Program-made: the position numbers and the translations under genes
NCBI RefSeq assembly: GCF_001194135.2
Contig: NC_068990.1
Span: 36,432,296 to 36,496,295 of the forward strand
Origin: Octopus bimaculoides
Taxonomy: Eukaryota
Direction of reading: 5' to 3'
Length of the DNA stretch: 64,000 nt
Notes under the pieces: model-generated
What the model saw: only the letters and a program-made list of their open reading frames with translations
The model's database searches: none
Told to the model about the DNA's origin: nothing
Shown: piece by piece, positions 40,601 to 53,600 of the stretch
How the letters are laid out: every line of letters starts with the position of its first letter
How positions within the stretch are numbered: the first letter of the stretch is position 1

Positions 40601-41009
40601 TAATAATAATGATAATAATGATAATGATAATAATAATAATGATAATAATAATAATGATAATAATAATAATGATAATAATAATACTTTCTTTATTGGCCAC
40701 CAGGGTTGAACACAAAATATAGAGGATGATACACACATGAGGAACAGTAAGGTTAAATGTGTAAACAACAAACAAACACAACAATGAACAAAGAGATTAA
40801 ATCAACATGCTTCCCCAATAGGGGGAGTTCCACATTTAAGTGACAAAAGAGACCTCACACAGGAATCAAACCACACATCTACTGTAGATACAACAATTGT
40901 TATGCCCCTACATAGAATTGACTTACTAAACTCCAACTATGAAATTAGAAGTTATAATCTACAGGTGAGAAAGCAAATTTGGTGTTCTTTTTTAGATTGT
41001 ATTTTAAGG

Positions 41010-41316
41010 CAGTGCTACTCAAAGTGATGGCCCGCGGACCAGTGCCAGTCTGCAAGCCATCAGCTGCCAGTATGCGGCAAGTTTCCAGAAAAGAAAGAAA
41101 CCTTATAAAATACTTATAAAATGCTTATGTAATATTGTATTATTTGTTTACAAAATAAATATAAGATTAAAACAATTGTCAGCTTTTATTGCATTCATTA
41201 TATATATTGTTTCCAATATAAATTAATATTACTAAGAAATATTACCGGTCCCTGGCACATTGGAAAAAAAACAAAACACTGCCAGTTCGCCACATCAGAT
41301 TGTTTGAGAAGCACTG
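41010..41316. mobile_element. hAT-Charlie-type MITE (307 bp)
   Basis: TIRs cagtgctactcaaa and tttgagaagcactg; 8-bp TSD ttttaagg/ctttaaag (6 of 8 match, TA-centred). Confidence 0.85.
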
Positions 41317-41706
41317 CTTTAAAGAATTGAGATATTTGATAATAAACCATTTTACAAATTTTCTCTGACCCAAATGCTTGAAGAGAAGATCTGAATTTTG
41401 TAGAATTAAGTTTGATTTTTGTTTAGTCAACAACTCAACTTTGATAAGAACAACACTATGGTTAGAGGTAATCTAGGTGCGACCATTTTGACTTTCTAGA
41501 GGTGAATATGACTAGATTATAAAGAACAGCCACTCTTTATCTAAAGCAATAAGGACTGACTTGAGGCACATTTGGCTGTCATTTCTGGGAGGTCATGAGA
41601 CCATATCATGAACCTTAGATGCCCCAACCATATGCATATATGTATATGCGAACATACATGCATACATACATACATACATACATACATATTATATATNNNN
41701 NNNNNN

Positions 41707-41747
<41 letters not shown>

Positions 41748-42309
41748 CATACATACATGCATGCATACATACGTACATAGATATATACAAACATAAATTC
41801 ATACGCATATAAATATCAACACACAGACACACAAGTATGTATAAATATTTATATATGTACATGGCATTTTATATATACGTCCACATATATGTATGCACAC
41901 ACACACACATACACACACCATTTTGTTTTCAGTACATAGTATGGAAATGAACGAGGTTGATGATGAAATGTAAAAGATGAGGAATGAATGGTGTAGGATG
42001 GTTAGTGGATGACTTATGAATGGTGCAAGGATGGTAGGAAGATGGTGAAACTGAGTGATGAGGGAAGATTATGGGTGGTAAAAGATAAGAGATATTGGTG
42101 GGGTAGGGATTGGAGGTGAGAGATGAGGGAGGTGATGATGGCAGGAGGCTGTGAAATGATATGATAATGAAAAATAAACAATGAAAGACAAAAAAATTGC
42201 AAATCACGAAAAACAATAACATCGATGGTATAAAATTTTATAAATCATCTCTCATTCTCTTGCCCGCCCTCTGTATGTATGTATGTATACACACACACAC
42301 GTGTATGTG

Positions 42310-42351
<42 letters not shown>

Positions 42352-42694
42352 CATATTTATATACATACATATATACATACATATATTTATACATGTAGGT
42401 AGGTGTGTGTGCGTGTGTGTGTGTGTGTCTAGGAGTGTGTTTATGTTTGTGCTATATATGTTTATATATATGCATATGTACATATATATATNNNNNNNNN
42501 NNNNNNNNNNNNNNNNNNNNNNNNNNNNNNNNNNNNNNNNNNNNNNNNNNNNNNNNNNNNNNNNNNNNNNNNNNNNNNNNNNNNNNNNNNNNNNNNNNNN
42601 NNNNNNNNNNNNNNNNNNNNNNNNNNNNNNNNNNNNNNNNNNNNNNNNNNNNNNNNNNNNNNNNNNNNNNNNNNNNNNNNNNNNNNNNNNNNNN

Positions 42695-43000
42695 ACCGCC
42701 TGACTGGCTCCTGTAGGATTTTCGAGCGAGATCGTTGCCAGTGCCCCTGGACTGGCTTGTGCGGGTGGCACATAAAAGACACCATTTCGAGCGTGGCCGT
42801 TTTCGTGCAGGTGACACGTAAAAGCACCCACTACACTCTCTGAGTGGTTGGCGTTAGGAAGGGCATCCAGCTGTAGAAACTCTGCCAAATCAGACTGGAG
42901 CCTGGTGTTGCCATCCGGTTTCACCAGTCCTCAGTCAAATCGTCCAACCCATGCTAGCATGGAAAGCGGACGTTAAACGATGATGATGATGATGATGATA
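42695..43000 (+). mobile_element. Young RTE 3'-UTR copy
   Basis: Hairpin units followed by cccactacactctctgagtggttggcgttaggaagggcatccagctgtagaaac and (gat)n; 5' end runs into a gap. Confidence 0.92.
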
Positions 43001-43251
43001 TAATACGTACACACATACACACACATATATATATATATTATTCTTACAGACATACAAACCAAAAGCAAGGGAAAGAATTATAAAAATGCACACAATAAAA
43101 ACAAGAAAAGAAAGAAAAAAGAGAGAAAGAGAACATGAGAACTTGAGGAGGAAAATATTGATAGAGAGATGTAGAGAGACAAACTGAGACACAAAGAGAG
43201 TGTGAGGAGGAGAGAGTGGGTGAGAGAGTCTGCAATTTTATGGGTTTTTGG

Positions 43252-43312
43252 TCACTTTCGGTTCAATGCATCATAGACTTTGTGATCTCGGTCACTGATG
43301 ACCGTGGTGGAC
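43252..43312 (-). CDS. Candidate terminal coding exon of an unidentified gene
   Basis: Strong acceptor tttatttccttcatttcag at 43313; open as STTVISDRDHKVYDALNRK* (phase 2) or GPPRSSVTEITKSMMH* (phase 1); non-repetitive and CpG-retaining; no homolog recognised. Confidence 0.35.
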
Positions 43313-43644
43313 CTGAAATGAAGGAAATAAATTGAGTGGGCATCTTATTACTGGACCCTAAAATCACTGGCATAAATTTATTTGATGGTAGATCTCTATA
43401 TAAAAAAAAAGATCACCAGCTTGTGTGTGTGTGTGTATATGTGTGCATGGTTACATGCTTGTTTGTGACTATGTATTTTTTAGTGTATGTATATATTTAT
43501 ATGTGCGTGAGAGTGTGTTTGTGCATATATGTATATATGGATACATTCATACAAGCATACATACACAACCGCACCCACACAACCAGCTGGTAAGTTTTTG
43601 GTAGTATTTATGTTTGTATGTCATGATAAATACTCATACATGCG

Positions 43645-43686
<42 letters not shown>

Positions 43687-44045
43687 TATGTGTGTATGTG
43701 TATGCACATATTTATACATATACATATACACACATGTATGAACACATTTATAAATGCCCACATACGCACTTACACGCATGCAAACTTATCTCATATGCAT
43801 ACACTTCTGCATACATATACATAGACTTGGATATGTGTGTATGTGTGTGTATGATAGTAAAATGTGAGTGCACTTGTGTGTGTTTGCTAGTATGAAGAAG
43901 TGACTGTGATTGCCATTAACAAACAGGATACTGTTAGCAACCCATTTGAAAAATGAATTTGCTGAAGCTGTGTACAGCTTACAAGGAAACATTTGCAACT
44001 TGCACTTATCTCTGTGTATGTATGTATGTATGTATGTATGTATGT

Positions 44046-44289
44046 TTCCTTCTCGAGCTATGCCAGGCTGATTAGGACTAGTTTCTCAGTTTCTGTGATG
44101 TATATATTCCCCACTGGACGGGATGACAGTCCGTCGCAGGATGACTCATTTTTGCCAGCTGAATGAACTGAAGCAACGTGAAATGGAGTGTTTTGCTCAT
44201 GACCACAATATGCTGCCCGGTCCAGGAATTGAAACCACAATCTCATGATCATGTGTCCAACATCCTAACCACTAAGCCACACTCCTCCA
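44046..44289 (-). mobile_element. tRNA SINE with CORE-like and V-domain-like segments
   Basis: Box A TGGCTTAGTGG, box B GGTTTCAATTCC, tggtcatgagcaaaacactccatttcac (CORE-like), cctgcgacggactgtcatcccgtccagtggg (V-like); partial copies at ~28240-28415 and 61770-61915. Confidence 0.75.
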
Positions 44290-45019
44290 CTATTTATCTC
44301 TATGGGGAACCAAAATTTAGTGAATCAATTTTTGCCTTAACCCAAATCTTATTTACAAATTAAAATATCTGTTTAAATATTTTCGTTATTATTTATGCTA
44401 TGTAAACGAAAAAGAGGTATCTTATGCTGTGACTATTTTCACATCAAAATTGTTACTTTTTACATCTGTTGCCACTGCAAGACACTTAGAAACCCTGTAA
44501 CACATCCAAGAAACACCACTGCTTTGATTGCCCTGAAGTCACTCACTTTATACATTTTACTTTCTGGCTCACAGACTAACTGTTTCTTCTTTCTATGGCT
44601 TCTGTAGCTACTATAGTGGCTTCTGTGGTTGCTGCTGCTGCTTGAAACCAGCCGATATCAAGCTATCACAGATCCAAATAGTCTCATCTCATCACATATA
44701 TTGTATTCACTATCTCCAGAACCTGCCCAAAGTGCTATATTCAGTCGTTTCTCCTCAAAACTTTGGTGTTTGGAATGTTCTTAAACATGTTTTTCCTTTA
44801 GTCATTATCTTGTAAATGTTTTAAAGTATAATTAGTAGTATCTATCTCGTTGGTAAAATAGATCATGTGAAGGGCATGAGCACTATACCCCTTCTTCCAG
44901 CTGCATCTAATGGAAAATGAAAATTGGTAACAGACGCAGTAAAGATATCAAGTGATGACAACAATGAGTCAATGAGGTCATGCAAAACTTAGTTGCTCCC
45001 TTAATTAACCAGGTACTAC

Positions 45020-45900
45020 ATGTATGCTGCATACAAAATGCCGTAAAAAAGTAAGGTTTTAGGTAAGAGTTCAGGAAGAAATCTTGAACAAGGTTTGGTT
45101 CTTACTCTTATTTTCTTTGTTAGAACGCTTCATTCAAAACAGAAGAATTAGGACTGGTTGTTCATAAGAGCTCTCATACACAGATGACCCAGTACTTATT
45201 GCCAACTCTACAGGAAATTAATGAACAAATTTCAGATGTAGAAACAAATCATAAAATTGAGGAGCCTTGAAATACACTGAGTGAAGATGGAAGTTTTGAT
45301 GGGTAGGAGAGAGGATAGGCTCTTGCTACCATCAGGGAAATTATCATGTTTGACAGAGAGAAAAAATGTTGGTAGAAATTTCATAAAGTGTATGCAATAT
45401 AAATTGTGGGTCCATACTGAGATCACATGCAAACTGATAGGGAAAAAAGATTTTGTATGTGACATGAGTAGGAAAAGTTAGTAATCAAAGTACTAGAGAA
45501 ATAAAATATTTCCAATGATAGGAAAGCTTCCTAGAAGTGGTTGATAGCTTCTTTTGCCTAGACAAATTAATCAACAGTAGAGGAGGATGTTCTGAAAACA
45601 TTATAGCCAAAATACAGAAAGAAAAAAAGACGGGGGAGTTATTAGCTCTGTAGGAAACAATGGGATTAACTTTTTGACTGAAGAATAAATTGCATGATAT
45701 TAATGTATAATGTGTGATGTTGCATGGTAGTGATGCATAGGTTGCAAAGGCAGAAGATGTATGAAGGCTGGAAAGAAACTAAGCAATATGCCCCTCCCCC
45801 CGTGCACTAGATGTATTATGAATAATAGAGTAACATAATTCAGATGTATGGTACAAGAGACATGATGGGGTTGGTACAGGTGTGTGATATATATGAGAGA
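45020..45900 (+). mobile_element. Decayed RTE LINE RT region
   Basis: RTGCS*ELSYTDDPVLIA (YADD motif at ~45170-45200), PSGKLSC, VGRNFIKC, EVVDSF, SRGGCSE, VMLHGSD. Confidence 0.82.
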
Positions 45901-46049
45901 TGACAGCTGTATAAAGAAGCTCCAGTCTGCAAACGTGGAAAAATTATGTGTGTGTGTGTGTATAAAAAATGTAAATCTAAACATGTATATATGCACACAC
46001 ACATGCTATAGTTGTGTCTGACCCTGCCACACTAATCTTCCTGTAGGTG

Positions 46050-47900
46050 GATCATTGTGTCTAGGAATTTGGTGGTTTTGAGGTAATCCTTTAATTCACA
46101 GATCTTCCCTTCTCACTGTTATGAACACTTTGATAAGATCTACAAACACCATGCTCAGTTCCTTGTTCTGTTCTCTTGGAGCTGCCTTATCCTGGTGTTC
46201 AATCCATATTGATTCCCTGAGATGTGTTCTTCCAAATGATGGTACCAGTCTGTTTAGGAAGCTACTTATGAAGATTCTTTAAGATTCAGTGGGGAGTTGG
46301 GTTATACTTACACTTTGTGTCCTTGTACAGGGGGATGACTATAACATGGAGGTCCTATTGTAGTTTACCTTGTTCCTGCAGCAAAGAACTTATGGGTCTT
46401 AGAGTGCACTGGTGTAGCTAAAGTGTGTGCCACTCAGGGCAACCTTGAAATTTGTTGCCCCCTGCTCCCTATAGTTTTATACAGCAAGCCCAAAAGTGTC
46501 ACTCTATAAAAATGCCACCAGGATTACAGATCTGTCCCAAACTTCCCCACTACTGCTGGAGTGCAACATCCCCACCCACAGTTCTTCCAAATTTCTGGTG
46601 GGAGTTCATCAATTTCTTCTATGGCTATTGTATGATATGATGAATTATTAATTCATGGACTATACAAATAGTTCTAAGTCTGGAATTGTTCAGTTTAGGA
46701 TGGAAGATTTGTCCATCTGCATTGTGTGCAGTGGTTGGTACATCACTTCAGATAAACATAAAGCTCTTTTCAATCACCATTGCTTGCATAATCCTGTTTT
46801 CTCTTAGCAAGAGTGGCCAGCTCTTCAAGTCTGGGCACAAGAGAAAAAGTACATCTGGTGGGGACCACTTCTTAGTCATTACATCTTGGAGATTTTGGTT
46901 AGTTTTCTCAAATGCATCCCTGTTCGTGTGGAAGAAATCTCAGAGGTCTGCAGTATGGTGATTCTCAGACGTTCATTTAATACTTGTAGAGAAGGAGCTG
47001 TGAACAAATCAGGAGCCACAAAATTCAACTGAAATTTCAGTTGACTGGAGTTTGCTAACCTAAAACCTCTTTCTATTTGACATGGAATTCAAATGAAAAC
47101 TAAGTTTGTAACAAATAATAAAATGGTTAATCTGTTGTAAACAGATTTGACATTACCTGTGTGTATAAGAGATATTGAATTTTTCTCTGGTTGTAACAAA
47201 TATATTCTACAGAGTGTCAATGATTACACCAAGTATACATTCAGATTGACTCAAGGCCATATTTCTGATTTTTAAAAATCATGATTTTCCAACATTATTG
47301 TTATCAAGTATGCATTTGCTGTCTTGTAAACCATTGTCTGTTCTGGCATTAAAGTCACTAACGATAATGATGATCTCAACATCTGTGGGTTTTTTCCCAT
47401 ATAAAGTTGGGTAAATCTGTATAAAACTTCTTTCTGCAGGATTTGCATGAAGAGTGGTGCATATACACTACAGGGTGTTATGCTACCTTGCTTAGCTCAA
47501 ATTGAGATATGTATGGAGATAATAAATTCAGTTTCATTCATTGACAGGCTTTCAAGCCTTGATGAAACGGTCTTGAACAACACAGAAGGGGTAACCAGCA
47601 CTGCATTCTAAAACTACTTTCCTTTTGGAAGCAGTCATAATTATGAGCAGTTAACATTAAAAGTTCATGCTCGACCATCAGAAGTGTTTCATTTTGAGTG
47701 ATTGCTGTCTACTGTATTGAACATGGCTCAGTTGTTCTAGCATGCCAACTTTAGTTAGCTATATGGAACTATCTGAAATAGGTGTGTACTTTTTCTGTTA
47801 TTGCTCAATGACTGCAGCTAACCAACTGAGGAGAACATAACCAGCTTTATTTAGACTACTTTTTCTAGCCCTATCTCCGTGTATAGCAAGTAGTGCCATC
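46050..47900 (-). mobile_element. Decayed RTE-BovB-like LINE (AP endonuclease plus RT N-terminus)
   Basis: CSVYAP (~47455) and IIIVSDFNART (~47340-47372) endonuclease motifs; RQLQE...SMVFVDLIKVFITVRREDL RT motif (~46100-46190); boundaries approximate. Confidence 0.75.
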
Positions 47901-48870
47901 CCTAGAAAAAGATGCTAAGTCGTTCATGCTGTTGCCAACTAATTTTGTCACCTCCAAGGTCCATATCAACCTCGATATCTGAATTACCTGCAAGCAGTAT
48001 CAAAACTGTAGATTCAAGTAACAGCTTTCACTGGCTGTTTCATCATTTTTACATCAGTGAAGTACCCAATGAATGGTCAATTGGGAAATGGAGAGATATA
48101 TGAATAGTCAAGTAAGAAATGGATAGAGATATGAATGTATTCTCCAGCATGCATAATGGAATTTCAGATGGATTATAGGGTGTAAGATAAACTCTTTATT
48201 CTCAGGATTTATATACCATGGACTTAAAAATTAGAATGGTGGCAGTGAGGTTCCTGATTGTAGATATTACGTGGGAGTTTTACTCTCCAAAGACAGAAGG
48301 CCTGTCTGCTTGAATTTGGAGTCAGAATTGTCCTCATAGACTGGTTATGAATTAAGACCGATTAATCCATGCCAACTAAACACTTATACTGTGAGACAAT
48401 CAGCAGTAATGCCTTGACACAACAAGTTCTGTGAAAATGGGGAGAACCAATGAGGAAGTATTAGTACAGCCACAATAATGTAAGTGAGGCTGTTCCCAAT
48501 GTTTTCCTGTCAAGGAAGTCTAGACAGGAGGTATATGTTCTCCACGCTGGGGAAAAAAATGGGCAGTGCAATGCACAGGTGCCTCAAGCATGCATAAAGA
48601 ATGGCAGGCTTAGACCTCACTCCTGACACTACAATACACATACACACATATAAATTTAAATAATAAGGGTAAAAAATTGATATTAATAAACCAGTGGCCT
48701 TGCATATTCAAAAAATCTGAGGATTCAGAAAAATAATATAAAATATAATATGTGTGTGTGTATGTATACATAGATATATATATGTATATACATATACACA
48801 CACATATATACATACTTACACACACAGACACACACGCATATATATATATATGTACACACTTATGTATACA

Positions 48871-48911
<41 letters not shown>

Positions 48912-48913
48912 AT

Positions 48914-49060
48914 AGGTCTAGGTGTGGGTGTGTGGTAAGAAGCTTGCTTCTCAACCACATGGTTCCAGGTTGAGTCCCACTGCATGGCACCTTGGGTAAG
49001 TGTCTTCTACTAGAGGCTCCGGCCAACCAAAGCCTTGTGAGTGGATTTGGTAGACAGAAA
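48914..49060 (+). mobile_element. Family-B SINE 5' half (continues into gap)
   Basis: gtgtggtaagaagcttgcttctcaaccacatggttccaggttgagtcccactgcatggcaccttgggtaagtgtcttc. Confidence 0.88.
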
Positions 49061-49069
49061 ATGCATACA

Positions 49070-49101
<32 letters not shown>

Positions 49102-50172
49102 NNNNNNNNNNNNNNNNNNNNNNNNNNNNNNNNNNNNNNNNNNNNNNNNNNNNNNNNNNNNNNNNNNNNNNNNNNNNNNNNNNNNNNNNNNNNNNNNNNN
49201 NNNNNNNNNNNNNNNNNNNNNNNNNNNNNNNNNNNNNNNNNNNNNNNNNNNNNNNNNNNNNNNNNNNNNNNNNNNNNNNNNNNNNNNNNNNNNNNNNNNN
49301 NNNNNNNNNNNNNNNNNNNNNNNNNNNNNNNNNNNNNNNNNNNNNNNNNNNNNNNNNNNNNNNNNNNNNNNNNNNNNNNNNNNNNNNNNNNNNNNNNNNN
49401 NNNNNNNNNNNNNNNNNNNNNNNNNNNNNTGTGTGTGTGTGTGTGTGTGTTTACATATACGTACACACATAGAAATACACATAGACACTCCCAGGGATAC
49501 ATTGACCTCTTACATTATTTTATCTATATATACATACATGCCACATAAGTAGCCAAGATATGAACCCCCATCCCGCAACACTTGCAAATATAATAAATAT
49601 CTAACATATTAAACTTAGTATTTGTTCACAAATTAGAAGGGTAACATTCTTTCCGTTTAATAACTACAAACATTCTCGGTCGAAATCCAAGTTTCACCCT
49701 CACCTACACTGATGTAGTAAGCATATGTTCCATACGAGATATTCTATGCGATTTACCTTTCCAGCAGGACAGTCACTCAGCACACGACGACGACGACGAC
49801 CAGAATAAGGACGAGAAAGATAGAATCAAAACGACAGAGTTATTTACCCTTGGATATAAAACCGAACAAAAGAGATAAAATATATATTTTATTAGTTTAA
49901 AATATGTCATAGAATTATTTTATGCTTAAATAAATTTATTTCATTAACTGAAAATACTACAAATATCTACATTATTGCTGAATACAATTTATTGACCGAT
50001 ATAATTCAGTGTTAGCTTAATTCAAGTATATATTGCATTTTGTGTAAAGAGAGTTATCTCCTCTTGCATCAGTTGGGTTAGGCTTTCTGAAAGTCTTTGC
50101 AGAACTCGGAGAAAATAGGACGTTGAGAATATAAATTCTAGAGGGTTATTAACATATTTCACATTTCTCTCA

Positions 50173-50214
<42 letters not shown>

Positions 50215-50321
50215 TACAAAACTACATATACACTTATATTGCTGTACATATGTTTGTGTTATATATAAGTGTATTTGTACATAAGTATACGTCAATGAGT
50301 TGTATGCCTATATATGTGTAT

Positions 50322-50362
<41 letters not shown>

Positions 50363-50775
50363 TGCACATATGCATGTACAAAAATACTTCTCAAACATAC
50401 ACCATAATTAGTCTTAGTAAATTTTGTTCAAGACAGATACTCAGAAAAAAAAAAAATATTCATAAAATTTTGAAATATTTGGAGCTGGGACAAAAGTTTA
50501 TTGATTGGAATGTTGTGTGTGCACACATGCATACACAGAAATACATATACCTGAATACATACATACATACATACATATTTGAAATCATCTTCATCAACAT
50601 TTAACGTCCGTTTTCCACGCTGGCATGGGTTACACAGCCTGACTGTGACACTCATTTACAGCTATTACATGATGTCAAGGCAAGGAGACACAAACATATA
50701 TGTATTTATATATATATATATATAAACATACAAACATGCATAAATACGTATATATTTGCATATATATGTATATGC

Positions 50776-50847
<72 letters not shown>

Positions 50848-51029
50848 GCATACATACACATACACACATACATATATATATGTGTATGTGAGTATATGTA
50901 TGCATGTATGTGCATATGTATGTGTGTGGTGTGTGCACGTATGTATGTATGTATTATATATGTATACATGCATGTATATACATATGTATGTATGCATCAT
51001 GTATATATGTATGTTTTTGTGTGAGTTAC

Positions 51030-51535
51030 CCCGAGTTCTTTTCATAAATAATCATATTCACGTCCACTTTTCTATATCTGCATGTGGTAGGTGGATCCCT
51101 TTTCACTCTGTGTTTCACCACTTAGCATAGCCTATTGTCATCTCTTTCATAAGTTTCATTCTCTTGATATCAACTTCTACTCCTTATTCTCATTTCATCC
51201 TTGGTCTTCCTCTTCTGCATATTCCCTCCACTTGGCTCACTTCTTTATGTAACTTTTATGTTTCATACATATTGCATATAGAGCATACAATAAGTCCAGT
51301 TTTCTCTAAAGCACATTATATCTGCTTGTTCTAATACCTAACATTTTTCTCAGCTCAGTTATACACCATTGTCCACCCAGCAGAGCATGCTCGCCTTGTC
51401 TTTTTTCAGCCTTATCACTTTGTTTATGATAAAGTCTCCTGTTTCATTACCACACAATATTATATTTCATAAACAAGCATTATATAATCTATACCTTACT
51501 GAGAAAGAAAGACAGGGAGAGAAAGAGAGAGGATC
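51030..51535 (-). mobile_element. Old RTE LINE, 3' part (split by younger RTE insertion)
   Basis: Minus-strand YRLYNAC, KASMLCW, LRKMLGIR and VEGICRRGRPR (51199-51231). Confidence 0.8.
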
Positions 51536-51560
51536 ACGTGTTTTTTTTACCAACAACAAC

Positions 51561-52636
51561 AAAGTTCAGAGAGCTCCTACCTCTGCTGGTGACAAAGGGT
51601 CTCTCACTCAGAGTAAAAGGTAGACTGTATAACACATGTGTACGAACAACCATACTACATGGCAGTGAAACATGGGCCGTAACAGCTGAGGACATGCGTA
51701 AGCTTGGAAGGAATGAAGCCAGTGTTCTCCACTGGATGTGTAATGTCAGTATGCATACACGACAGAGTGTAAGCACCTTGAGAGAAGAGTTGGACCTAAG
51801 AAGCATCAGATGTGGTGTGCAAAAGAGACAACTGTGCTGGTATGGACATGTCGATCTGAACAGCTGTGTGAAAATGTGTCACACCCTAGCAGTTGAGGGA
51901 ATCTGTGGAAGAGGTAGACCTAGGAAGACTTGGGATGGGGTGGTGAAGCACGACCTTCGAACATTGGGTCTCACCAAGGCAATGACTAGTGACCGAGACC
52001 TTTGGAAATATGCTGTGCTTGAGAAGACCCGGCAAGCCAAGTGAGACCATAACTCGTGGCCTATGCCAGTGATGTAACCAACCTCATGCGTTGCTTACGA
52101 AGACCTGTTGAGGCAAGTGAAATCACAATCAAAATCAAATTCACTGATATGGCCAATGGCAGCACCGCCTGACTGGCACCTATGCCAGTAGAATGTTAAG
52201 AGCACCATCCAAGCGTGATCATTGCCAGTGCTGCTGACTGGCTCCCATGCTGGTAGCACATAAAAAGCACCATTTGAGCGTAATCGTTACCAGTGTCGAC
52301 TTACTGGCACTTGTGCTGGTGGCACGTGAAAAACAACATTCAAGCGAAGTCAATGCCAGTGCAGCTGGACTGGCTCCTATACAGGTAGCACATAAAAAAC
52401 ACCATTTGAGTGTGACCATCGCCAGTACCACCTGACTGGCCCTCGTGCTGGTGGCACATAAAAGCACCCACTGCACTCTCAGAGTGGTTGGCGTTAGGAA
52501 GGGCATCCAGCTGTAGAAACTCTGCCAGATCAGATGGGAGCCTGGTGCAGCCATGTGGCTCACCAGTCCTCCGTCAAACCATTCAACCCATGCCAGCATG
52601 GAAAGTGGACTTTAAACGATGATGATGATGATGATG
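51561..52636 (+). mobile_element. Young 5'-truncated RTE LINE: ORF C-terminus, full 3' UTR and (GAT)n tail
   Basis: Open frame KFRELLPLL...LHGSETWA...CWYGHV...GRGRPRKTW...DRDLW to stop at 52044; UTR with five ~66-bp units. Confidence 0.95.
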
Positions 52637-53460
52637 AATAGTGGCTCCCTGAAGTTTTCTCACTCTGATCTTTCTCTAGTAACAATGTTTTCAGACACCA
52701 CCCCCCATTGCTAATTAGGGAACTTAGCTTACAAAATCTATCAATTACTTCGATGGTACGTGAAAAGCATTTGAGATCATTTATTTTACATCCAATCTTA
52801 CTGCCACTAATTCTTGCACATTTGCTATATGTTAAATCCTTCTTACATACCTCTGATGATACACTACCCTTTATGCCCCCATACTTTGCATTTGGTATGC
52901 AGTATGGCATTCCTATGTACACCTTTTTTTCTGGATCAAGCATGGCTGCTGCCTAGATGATAGTTGAGTCCTGTCTTCTTTCCTATTAAAAACTTTTTGT
53001 TTTGCTACATTCATTCTAAGACCTTTTGATTCATGGTATTGGTTCCTCACTTCAGTTTCTTCTCTAATTTCTCAACAGTTTCAACTTCAAAAACTGGTTC
53101 AAATATGGGAATAGGGCATAAAGAAGTCATTCTTAAACTCCCATGTTATGACCTTGAAAACTATGATAAATGGTAGGGGCTAAGATCTGAGCAATGACAG
53201 ACCCTAAGCGTACACTCATGAAGTTTTTCACTGAACTTGTTTCCAGCCTTTGTTTTACTAATAAAATCTTTTTATAAGTCTTGCACAGATTTCAAAAAAA
53301 ACATTCTCAGTTTTTTAGTGACTAATAGTGTACAAAACATGATACTCTGTCAAAAGTCTTCCTCTTAGCCAATGAATGCTAAGTATAGAGTCTTGCTCTT
53401 TGCTATGAACTTTAAGCCATTTGTCTTTCTAATTAGTTGTATAATAACTTTCTGTTACCT
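52637..53460 (-). mobile_element. Old RTE LINE, RT part (continuous with 51030-51535)
   Basis: Minus-strand traces KSKTLYLAF, PFIIVF, KGLRMNVAK, IEVIDRFCKLSSLISNGG, ending at the decayed FRE(L)L motif. Confidence 0.8.
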
Positions 53461-53566
53461 TAAAAAATAAATTCACCAGGTTGATATCCCTTTAGTTCCT
53501 TTTTCTACAGCTGATGATGCTGTTACACCAACCCTTGTGTATGATCCATAAGATGTGTCTTGGAAC

Positions 53567-53600
<34 letters not shown>

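Noticed and set aside
40856-40963. C2H2 zinc-finger linker-like HTGIKPH with downstream donor
   Set aside because: In-frame stop just upstream, and no correctly spaced Cys/His finger on either side
51538-52044. Host protein-coding gene
   Set aside because: It is the C-terminus of an RTE LINE ORF; the ATG-track start lies in junction filler
52160-52470. CRISPR-like array
   Set aside because: Units are degenerate tandem repeats without unique spacers, inside a LINE 3' UTR in eukaryotic DNA; no cas genes
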